The notes under the pieces are model-generated. The model did not search any database. It worked only from the letters and a program-made list of their open reading frames with translations, and was not told the DNA's origin. This document shows positions 1 through 6,694 of a stretch of 10,479 nucleotides of DNA, piece by piece. Where the stretch lies: positions 1 through 10,479 of the forward strand of contig JAYVCD010000218.1 in assembly GCA_043750125.1 (NCBI GenBank), in the 5' to 3' direction. The DNA is from Archangiaceae bacterium. GTDB taxonomy: Bacteria; Myxococcota; Myxococcia; Myxococcales; Myxococcaceae. Numbering within the stretch: the first letter of the stretch is position 1; each line of letters begins with the position of its first letter. The position numbers were made by a program, and so were the translations under genes.

Positions 1-1711
1 GCTGAAGCGCCTCGAGATACACCGCGCGCGCCTGATCGACCTTCATCAAGCGCTCGAGGCCGTTGGACCATTCGACCAGCGCCTCGGCAGTGAGCGGACG
101 CCAGCCGACAGCTCGGGCTTCGGCAACGGTGGCTTGTCCGAGCGCAGCACTCTCTTTCGTTTTGCCCGCCAACCGCAGTGCTCGAACCCGCGAAACATTG
201 CCCGCCGCGGCGTCAATCTTGTGACGCGCTTCCAGAGCGGCCGGCATCGGCTCGATCGACGCCCGCGCCGAGACATCGAGGCACTCGCCTGCTGACGGAA
301 GTTGCTCGAGCGCCCCGACCGCACGCTCCACCACCTTCGTATCGGCGACCTCGAAGATCGCGGCCAGCGCGCCGAAGTCGTTGACCCTGCGGGCCAGACA
401 GCCATCGCGCAACGCATGGGCCGCCTCCGACTCGCCCTGGCGCGCAGTGGCCTCGCACGCCGTCACCCGCAGCGCGCCCAGCTGCAGCGCCAGCGAATCG
501 AGCGAGGCGATCACCCGCCGCGAGAGATCTTCGGCGGCGGGGTGGGCGGTCGCGAGGAACGCCTTTCGCACCCCATCGCGGTGGGAGTCGTTCCAGGCCG
601 CGCTCACCGGGGCCGAGGCGTTCTCGCACCGTCTGGCCGACTGCCGCCACGCGAGTGCCGCGCTGCCAAGGGTGATTGCCGCGACCGCAATGAGCGCGCA
701 GCCAGCCCGCTGCTTCTCATTTCGGTGCAGGGTCGACGAGAGCGCCGAAGTCAGCCGCTCCATCGAGGGCCAGCGGTCGGCGGCGTCGAACGCGAGCCCG
801 CGACGAATCACTTTCTCGACTGCTTGAGGAATGACGGTCAATCGAGCGGGCCCGCGCTTCATCGCCTCGAGGCGCTGACCGGCAGCGCGTTCCTCGAAAG
901 CCAGCTTTCCGCTCAAGCACTCGTAGAGCGACGCGCAAAAGCTGAACTGATCGCTGAGCGGGCTGGCCGCGTCGCCCTGCCATCGCTCGGGCGCGAGGTA
1001 GGCCGGCGTTCCCGAGAGCGTGCTGCGGGTCGACGCGCCATCGCCCTCGAACGAAGGTTCGTTCGCGCGGGCGAGCCCGAAGTCCGCCACCCGAACCCGA
1101 CCCCCTTCATCGATCAGCACGTTGTCGGGCTTGAAGTCACGGTGCACCACTTGAGCCGCATGCGCTGCAGCGAGACCTGCGCCGGCATCGAGGAACATCT
1201 TCACCGTCTGGCGCCAGGGGCGGGTGCTGCCGCTTTCACGCAGACTCTTCGCGCGCGCCACCAACTCCATCACCAGCACATCGCCTGCGCCTTGAACGAT
1301 GACGTCATGGACCGCGACGACGTTCGGGTGTTGCACCTTGGCCAGCGCTCGGGCCTCGAAGATCAGCCGCTCGCGCTGCAGCGGACGGTCGGCATCCCGA
1401 ACCGCGGGGTACAACCATTTGAGCGCCACCGTTCGCTCGAGAGTGGTGTCGTAGGCGGCGAAGACCTCGCCCAGGGCCCCTGCGCCGATGGGCTCGAGCA
1501 CCACATACCGACCCACGATCAGGCCCTTCTGCGGCCCGGCGGCGGCGCGAGGCTCGTCGCGCGGGTCGGGAACGAAGGCCTTCAGCAGCTGCGCCAACAT
1601 CGAACGACAGATCGGGCACTGCGAGACGTGCTCCTCGACCTCTTCCTGGGCGGCGCCTTCGAGCGAGCCCTGCGCGAGCTCTGCCAGCAGCGAGTCACCG
1701 GGGTGGTTCAT
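1..1711 (-). CDS. Membrane Ser/Thr (Hanks-type) protein kinase with N-terminal zf-HC2/ZAS-like zinc finger and C-terminal helical, probably TPR-containing region; 3' end beyond window
   Basis: Manual translation from ATG at 1711 (MNHPGDSLLAELAQGSLEGAAQEEVEEHVSQCPICR...) is open to the left edge (570 codons). HxxxCxxC at 1607-1630; Gly loop IGAGALGEVF at 1460-1489; VALK at 1418-1429; HRDFKPDN at 1121-1144; DFG at 1076-1084; GTPAYLAPE at 986-1012; hydrophobic segment CALIAVAAITLGSAALAW at 647-700. SD-like AAGGGGG lies just upstream of the ATG. The TPR call is from family resemblance only. Confidence 0.95.
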   Translation of the reverse strand, partial: MNHPGDSLLAELAQGSLEGAAQEEVEEHVSQCPICRSMLAQLLKAFVPDPRDEPRAAAGPQKGLIVGRYVVLEPIGAGALGEVFAAYDTTLERTVALKWLYPAVRDADRPLQRERLIFEARALAKVQHPNVVAVHDVIVQGAGDVLVMELVARAKSLRESGSTRPWRQTVKMFLDAGAGLAAAHAAQVVHRDFKPDNVLIDEGGRVRVADFGLARANEPSFEGDGASTRSTLSGTPAYLAPERWQGDAASPLSDQFSFCASLYECLSGKLAFEERAAGQRLEAMKRGPARLTVIPQAVEKVIRRGLAFDAADRWPSMERLTSALSSTLHRNEKQRAGCALIAVAAITLGSAALAWRQSARRCENASAPVSAAWNDSHRDGVRKAFLATAHPAAEDLSRRVIASLDSLALQLGALRVTACEATARQGESEAAHALRDGCLARRVNDFGALAAIFEVADTKVVERAVGALEQLPSAGECLDVSARASIEPMPAALEARHKIDAAAGNVSRVRALRLAGKTKESAALGQATVAEARAVGWRPLTAEALVEWSNGLERLMKVDQARAVYLEALQ

Positions 1712-2513
1712 CGCGGCCCCCTTGCTCGGCGGCTTCGACCACCAGCCGCCGCAGCGAAAGGTCGAACCCGCTCTCGAGGCTGGCCATCAAACCGTCGAGC
1801 TCTTCGCCGACCAGCTTGGTGCGCTGCGAGAGGAGGCCAATCGTTCGCACCTGGACGAGTTGCTTTGCCGTCGAGAGCCAGCGAGCGACGGTGGCACGAC
1901 TGACCAGATACATCGGAGCCAGCTCGTCGATCGACGCGCCCTCGACCAGATTGAGGCGAAGCAGCGCACGCTCGCGGGGCGGCAAGCCGGCGAGGGCCTG
2001 GCGAAAGGCGGTCGCGAAATGCTGCTGCTGGCCGCACCGGGCCAGGGCCCGCTCGAGGTCGACCGCGGCGGGAAGGCTCGCCAGCTGGGCGTCGTCGTTG
2101 ACGATCGTCTGCCCCTTCGAGCGCGCCGAGTACCACGCGCGCACCGCGACGGTGGTGACGAACGCCTCGAAGGTGCCCAGGCCCCGGTAGGTCTTCAGCC
2201 GTGCGCCCTGGTCCTCTGCGAACAGTCGGACCCGGGTGGTCTGCAGATGCTCTTCGGCCTCGGTGGCCTTCACGCCCAGCTTGCGGATCGAAGCTCTGAC
2301 CCGGGGCACGACCCGTTGCTCGAAGCAGGCAATCGCTGCTGGGTTGCGATGGAACACGCCGCACGCGATCACCACCCCGACGTCCACGCGTTCGAGCGGG
2401 GCGGTGACACAGTCCGCGATCCAGGCCGCCAGCAAAGCCTCTTCAAGCGCAAAGCCCCAGACCAGGGCCGCGCGCTGCGCAAAGGCTCGAAGCGAATCGG
2501 GAGAGGACGCCAA
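1695..2513 (-). CDS. RNA polymerase sigma-70 family (ECF-like) factor, Myxococcales family 1 type (TIGR03001-like)
   Basis: 272-aa ORF. Region-2-like segment 'NPAAIACFEQRVVPRV...EAEEHLQTTRVRLF...LKTYRGLGTFEAFVTTVAVR' and region-4 HTH 'ALAGLPPRERALLRLNLVEGASIDELAPMYLVSRATVARWL', ending in the family-typical 'ELDGLMASLESGFDLSLRRL'. It overlaps the kinase start by 17 nt. The TTG start is uncertain but bounded by an in-frame stop at 2547-2549. Confidence 0.88.
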   Translation of the reverse strand: MASSPDSLRAFAQRAALVWGFALEEALLAAWIADCVTAPLERVDVGVVIACGVFHRNPAAIACFEQRVVPRVRASIRKLGVKATEAEEHLQTTRVRLFAEDQGARLKTYRGLGTFEAFVTTVAVRAWYSARSKGQTIVNDDAQLASLPAAVDLERALARCGQQQHFATAFRQALAGLPPRERALLRLNLVEGASIDELAPMYLVSRATVARWLSTAKQLVQVRTIGLLSQRTKLVGEELDGLMASLESGFDLSLRRLVVEAAEQGGRDEPPR

Positions 2514-2760
2514 GGTCCTGAAACTCCAACGTCGCTGGGGCGCAAGTCAACCGTTCGGGACACAACAGGCAGACTGGGCGGCTGGGCTCGAAGTCTCACC
2601 GAAAGTCCAGCGCATCCGCAGAGCAGTCGAAGGACGGGTGGGCCGCGCACGGGACTTCCCTCGGCGGCAGGAGCGACGCTTTTCGTGAGACTGGCCCGAG
2701 GGTCGATCAGTCCACCGCCATAACCGGACGGTTTCGTCCTTTTCGCGGAAAACGAAGACC

Positions 2761-3417
2761 ATGACGATTCGATGCGCAGTGGCAGTGGTGCTGTTGGGTT
2801 TCTCATGCTCGGGGGGCGCGCCGGGTGAGTGCACCCGAGACACGGACTGCAAAGGCAACCGCGTCTGCACGGGCGGGGCCTGCTTGGACCGAGGCGCTGG
2901 AGGGGGAGGCGTGGGGGGAGGAAGTGCGGGAGGGGCGGGAGGGGCCGGGGGCTCCCCTGGCGGTGGCGGGTCCTGCTGTCTCAACGGGAGCTTCCACGAC
3001 TGTGCCTCGAAGGCGGCGTTCGATAAGTGCGCTGGCTTCGACGTATTGGGCTGCGATCAAAACTGCGGCGCGGCCGATTTCCAGTGCCACGCCGACTGCG
3101 CCGCGATGGCGAGCAACGCCACGCACGACGCTTCATCATGCAGCCGTGTGGCCGCGCGCGATGGGGAGTGCAGCGTGAGCGGAACCTGTGTCGGCAGCCG
3201 GGGAGCTTCCTGCACCTACTCGAGCCAGTGCTCGAGCGGAAACTGCACCAATAACTATTGCTACGGCACCGCGAACGGAAATCCCTGTGGGTATTCGTCG
3301 CAGTGCGCCTCAAACAACTGCACCAATAACTGCTGCAACGGAAACTCGAAGGGCAGCGCGTGCGGCTATTCGTCCCAATGCAATTCGAACAACTGCTCCG
3401 GCGGAAAGTGCCAATGA
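2761..3417 (+). CDS. Cysteine-rich secreted protein / probable lipoprotein with Gly linker and three C-terminal Cys repeats
   Basis: ATG start; signal-peptide-like MTIRCAVAVVLLGFSC (non-canonical lipobox, Cys16). Then a CxxDxDCxxxxxCxxGxC module, a Gly-rich linker (aa 45-70), a 10-Cys middle domain and three CxYSSQCxSxNCx4C repeats. 30 Cys in 218 aa. Confidence 0.88.
   Translation: MTIRCAVAVVLLGFSCSGGAPGECTRDTDCKGNRVCTGGACLDRGAGGGGVGGGSAGGAGGAGGSPGGGGSCCLNGSFHDCASKAAFDKCAGFDVLGCDQNCGAADFQCHADCAAMASNATHDASSCSRVAARDGECSVSGTCVGSRGASCTYSSQCSSGNCTNNYCYGTANGNPCGYSSQCASNNCTNNCCNGNSKGSACGYSSQCNSNNCSGGKCQ
3211..3414 (+). repeat. Intragenic tandem repeat, 3 copies, 75-bp (25-aa) period
   Basis: Units start at 3211, 3286 and 3361: CTYSSQCSSGNCTNNYC, CGYSSQCASNNCTNNCC, CGYSSQCNSNNCSGGKC. 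The 16-mer AACTGCACCAATAACT is identical at 3241-3256 and 3316-3331. Confidence 0.92.
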
Positions 3418-3467
3418 GCCGGTGAGCGAATCAACGCTGGGGTCGGCCTGGGCACCGCAGCGGGCCC

Positions 3468-3521
3468 TCGCGCATCACCCGGGTGCGCGATCGACCTGAT
3501 GCTCGACGGGTAGGTTTTTTT
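3468..3521 (+). terminator. Possible terminator region between convergent genes
   Basis: Inverted repeat TCGCGCA (3468-3474) / TGCGCGA (3484-3490), then a weak stem ACCT..AGGT (3494-3515) and a 7-T run at 3515-3521. The strong hairpin is not adjacent to the T run, so this is not a textbook intrinsic terminator. Confidence 0.35.
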
Positions 3522-4027
3522 CAGCTCAGCGGTAAAGCGAACGCCTCGAGGAAAACGTCGGGGAGCAGATCCAGGTCCCCTTCGGGGCGACGCTGGTAGC
3601 CACGCGATTCGTAGAGACGGCGCACTCCGGCGGCGCCCCGGCGCACGTGCAGACAGACCGCCGGTGCTTTGACTTCGCGCGCGTGGGCTTCGGCCGCGTC
3701 GAGCAGGCCCTTCGAGACTTCGCCGCCGCGATGGGCCTCGTCCACCGCCAGGTGCCGCAAGTCGACGGCGCCTGGAATCCACGCTTCGCAGCCCGGAGCG
3801 CCCGCCGGCCACACTGCGACGGTCCCGACAATCTGGCCCGCGCGCTCGTAGACCCACACCCTGGCAATCTGTCGCCGGGCGTTGACGTTGCGAAGCTCGG
3901 CTCGCCGCGCTTCTCCCATCACCACCTCGGGCATCTTCTGGGCGTAGGTGCGCTCGAAGGCGGCCACCAGCAGCTCGCCAATCGCGGGTTCGTCTTTGGA
4001 AGTGGCGTCGCGAATCGCGTCGGTCAT
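3521..4027 (-). CDS. GNAT family N-acetyltransferase
   Basis: GNAT pattern: 'IRDATSKDEPAIGELL', 'VWVYERAGQIVGTV', 'LRHLAVDEAHRGGEVSKGLLDAAEAHAR', 'VCLHV...RRLYESRGY'. ATG at 4027 is preferred; the alternative GTG at 4036 overlaps a candidate -10 element. Confidence 0.9.
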   Translation of the reverse strand: MTDAIRDATSKDEPAIGELLVAAFERTYAQKMPEVVMGEARRAELRNVNARRQIARVWVYERAGQIVGTVAVWPAGAPGCEAWIPGAVDLRHLAVDEAHRGGEVSKGLLDAAEAHAREVKAPAVCLHVRRGAAGVRRLYESRGYQRRPEGDLDLLPDVFLEAFALPLS

Positions 4028-4088
4028 TTGGGCCACTGATAGCGCGTTTGGGCATCCGAGGTGGCGACCGCGGTGCTAGGCACGGCCG

Positions 4089-6641
4089 GTGACGCCGTTG
4101 CCGATCGACCCGCTGTTGCCCGAAGTGGTGGCGGCGCTCAGAGCCAACCCGGCCCTGGTGCTCGAGGCCCCGCCGGGGGCTGGGAAGACGACCCGCGTGC
4201 CCCCTGCCCTGCTCGATGCGGGCTTGAGCGGAAAAGGAGAAATCTTGGTGCTCCAGCCGCGAAGGCTGGCGGCGAGGTTGGCGGCGGCGCGCGTGGCCGA
4301 AGAGCGCGGCGAGCGGCTGGGGGACATCGTCGGGTATCAGATTCGGTTCGAAGACGTGTCGGGCCCGAAGACGCGGATCCGCTTTCTCACTGAAGGGCTG
4401 CTCACCCGCAGGCTGATTTCGGACCCCTCGTTGACCGGAGTCGGCGCGGTGCTGCTCGACGAATTTCACGAGCGCCACCTGGCCGGCGATCTGGGGCTGG
4501 CGATGTTGCGTCGGCTGCAGCTGGGGCCCCGGCCGGACTTGAAGCTGGTGGTGATGTCCGCAACTCTGGACGCCGAGCCGATCTCGAGCTGGCTTGGAAA
4601 CTGCCCCCGGTTGCGCTCGGAAGGACGGCGGTTCGAAGTGGCGATCGACTACCTGCCGGCCGAAGACGACCGGTATCTCGAGCAACAGGTGCTGGCCGGC
4701 TTGAAGCGGCTGGTGGCCGACGGGCTCGATGGCGACGTGCTCGTCTTCCTTCCGGGAGCCGGAGAAATTCGGCGCGCCCGCGAGACGTGTGAAGAGTTCT
4801 GCGGGCGCCACCAGCTCGAGCTGCACGCCCTGCACGGAGATCTGCCCGGGCCCGAACAGGATCGCGCGATTCGTCCCGGGAAGCTGCGCAAGGTGATCCT
4901 CTCGACCAACGTCGCCGAGACGTCGGTGACGATCGAAGGGGTCGCGGCGGTGATCGACAGCGGGCTCGCGCGGGTCGCCTCCCACTCTCCATGGAGCGGG
5001 CTGCCGACGCTCAAGGTTCAAAAGGTCTCGCGGTCGTCGGCGATTCAGCGCGCCGGTCGAGCGGGCCGGACCCGCGCGGGAAAGTGTCTTCGGCTCTTCA
5101 CCAAGGGGGACTTCGACGGCCGGCCGCTGGCGGACGCTCCGGAAATCCGACGCATGGATCTGACCGAGGCGGTGCTGGCGCTGCATGCCAGTGGAGTCTC
5201 GAAGCCGGCCGAGTTCCCGTTCTTCGAGGCCCCTCCAGCGTCCGCGCTCGATGCGGCCGATTCCTTGCTGAAGAAGCTGGGCGCGGTGTCCCCGGACGGA
5301 GGCTTGTCCGAAATCGGAAAACGGTTGCTGAAGTTCCCGGTCCACCCCCGACAGGCACGGCTGATCATCGAAGCTGAAAAACGCGGAGTGGCCGATCGCG
5401 GAGCGACGCTCGCCGCGCTGCTGGGCGAGCGCGACATTCGAGCCGAGACCCGCGGTCGGGTGAATTCCGATCGCCGCCCCGATGCCAACGCGTTGGCGGG
5501 ACCCTCTGACCTGCTCGAGCTGCTCGAGCGGTTCGAGGTGGGTCAGAGCAAAGGCCCTCGCGCTGCCGGGCTCGAGCCAGGCGCCTTCTCTTCGGTCGAT
5601 CGGGTGCGCAAGCAGCTTTCGCGCATGGCGCGAATCGACGGGGCTCGCCCCCAGGACGATGTAGCCGAGCGAGCGCTGCTGCTGGCGATCCTCGCCGGGT
5701 ATCCAGACCGCGTCGCCAAACGTCGGCGGCCCAAAGCGCCCGAGCTGATCCTTTCCGGGGGAGGCCAGGCGACGCTCGATGCGAGCAGCGTCGTTCAGGA
5801 AGCAGAGTTCCTCGTCACCGTCGACGCGGAAGAACGTCGGGGCGCGGTGATGGTGCGGCTCGCCTCGCAGATCGAACCCGAATGGTTGCTCGAGCTCTTT
5901 CCCGACGAGATCAGCGATCTCGATGCGCTCGAGTGGAACGCGACCCAGAACCGGGTCGAGCGGATCACCCGGCTCGCCTACGGAAACGTGGTGTTGGAAG
6001 AGACCCGAAAGCCGGCCCTGCCCTCGGAAGAGGCGGCCCGCGTTTTGGCCAAAGCGGCAGTCACCGCCGGAATCGAAAAATTCGTCGACCCCGCGGCGCT
6101 CGCCCGTTTGCGCACCCGAATGACGCTCGCCCGCGAGGCATTTGCGAAAGCAGAGTTCCCCGTCTTCGACGACGAGTTTCTGATCAACGGGCTCACCGGC
6201 GCCTGCCTCGGGCTCACCACCTTCAACGGGCTGCGCGAGAGCTGGACCCTCGATCAGCTCACCGCCCAGCTTTCGGCCGAGCAGGCGAAGGTGCTGCGCG
6301 ATCACTTCCCCGAGCGCGTCACCTTGCCCGGCGGGCGCGGAGTGACCGTCAACTACGACGTGGGCAAGCCTCCGTGGATCGAGTCCCGGCTGCAGGATTT
6401 CTTCGGTCTGGCCCAGGGCCCGAGCGTGGGCGGGGGCCGAATTGCGCTGGTGATCCACCTGCTCGCGCCGAACATGCGCGCGGTTCAGGTGACCACCGAT
6501 CTCGCCGGCTTCTGGGAACGTCATTACCCGGGAATTCGAAAAGAGCTGATGCGCAAGTACCCTAGGCACATGTGGCCGGAAGACGGGCGCAGCGCGGTGC
6601 CGCCTCCTCCTCTGCCTCCGCGTCCCCCGCGACGTCGGTGA
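4089..6641 (+). CDS. hrpB: ATP-dependent DEAH-box RNA helicase HrpB
   Basis: 850 aa. Motifs APPGAGKTT (I), QPRRLAAR (Ia), DEFHER (II), MSAT (III), LVFLPG (IV), STNVAETSVTIEGV (V), QRAGRAGR (VI). HrpB C-terminal signature 'RLQDFFG...LLAPNMRAVQVTTDLAGFW...YPGIRKELMRKYPRHMWPED'. Confidence 0.97.
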   Translation: MTPLPIDPLLPEVVAALRANPALVLEAPPGAGKTTRVPPALLDAGLSGKGEILVLQPRRLAARLAAARVAEERGERLGDIVGYQIRFEDVSGPKTRIRFLTEGLLTRRLISDPSLTGVGAVLLDEFHERHLAGDLGLAMLRRLQLGPRPDLKLVVMSATLDAEPISSWLGNCPRLRSEGRRFEVAIDYLPAEDDRYLEQQVLAGLKRLVADGLDGDVLVFLPGAGEIRRARETCEEFCGRHQLELHALHGDLPGPEQDRAIRPGKLRKVILSTNVAETSVTIEGVAAVIDSGLARVASHSPWSGLPTLKVQKVSRSSAIQRAGRAGRTRAGKCLRLFTKGDFDGRPLADAPEIRRMDLTEAVLALHASGVSKPAEFPFFEAPPASALDAADSLLKKLGAVSPDGGLSEIGKRLLKFPVHPRQARLIIEAEKRGVADRGATLAALLGERDIRAETRGRVNSDRRPDANALAGPSDLLELLERFEVGQSKGPRAAGLEPGAFSSVDRVRKQLSRMARIDGARPQDDVAERALLLAILAGYPDRVAKRRRPKAPELILSGGGQATLDASSVVQEAEFLVTVDAEERRGAVMVRLASQIEPEWLLELFPDEISDLDALEWNATQNRVERITRLAYGNVVLEETRKPALPSEEAARVLAKAAVTAGIEKFVDPAALARLRTRMTLAREAFAKAEFPVFDDEFLINGLTGACLGLTTFNGLRESWTLDQLTAQLSAEQAKVLRDHFPERVTLPGGRGVTVNYDVGKPPWIESRLQDFFGLAQGPSVGGGRIALVIHLLAPNMRAVQVTTDLAGFWERHYPGIRKELMRKYPRHMWPEDGRSAVPPPPLPPRPPRRR

Positions 6642-6682
6642 CGCTGCTTCATCGAATGCGGTTCGTGCTCTCTGCCTCGCGC

Positions 6683-6688
6683 TAGGTT
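6683..6688 (+). promoter_or_regulatory. Candidate -10 element (TAGGTT) of a leaderless transcript
   Basis: TAnnnT hexamer 6 nt upstream of ATG 6695, with no Shine-Dalgarno sequence in between. Confidence 0.4.
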
Positions 6689-6694
6689 CGACCC

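Noticed and set aside
302..1903. 533-aa plus-strand ORF (also 1488..2723 +, 7851..9263 +, 9549..10358 -)
   Set aside because: Antisense shadows of the kinase, sigma, CruF-like and permease genes, whose opposite strands carry clear family motifs.
1708..2364. Alternative-frame ORF whose TGA overlaps the kinase ATG, hinting at a frameshifted sigma tail
   Set aside because: The ORF has no recognisable features and the sigma frame is complete through its conserved C-terminus, so a frameshift is not needed.
2521..2550. AAAC...GGGGCGCAAG resembling a c-di-GMP-I riboswitch stem; TTGACT -35-like hexamer on the minus strand at 2545-2550
   Set aside because: There is no GNRA-capped stem or matching second hairpin, and no credible -10 box at 16-18 nt from TTGACT.
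2601..2626. GAAAGTCC...CAGAGCAG resembles the conserved 5' part of RNase P RNA
   Set aside because: It lacks the preceding GAG and the 3' conserved ACAGAA-CCGGCTTA-type segment, and the gap is short for a typical bacterial RNase P RNA.
2592..2740. Minus-strand hammerhead-like words (CTGATCGA, GAAAC) and HDV-like helix order
   Set aside because: The CUGANGA spacing is off by one and the required stems do not form. The HDV P3/L3 and GG elements are missing. Only the generic structure is reported.
2899..2970. Dense G-runs with G-quadruplex potential, and the Pro-rich antisense ORF 2547..2984
   Set aside because: Fully explained by Gly codons of the linker in the Cys-rich protein.
3211..3414. 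75-bp periodic repeat as a possible CRISPR-like array
   Set aside because: The units are in-frame, degenerate coding repeats without constant repeat/unique spacer structure, and no cas genes are present.
3366..6569. 1067-aa minus-strand ORF
   Set aside because: Mostly the antisense shadow of hrpB. It has no recognisable motifs, and long stop-free antisense frames are expected in high-GC coding DNA.
6600..6641. Pro/Arg-rich C-terminal tail of HrpB (PPPPLPPRPPRRR)
   Set aside because: Short basic low-complexity tails after the WPED-like motif are ordinary for this family.
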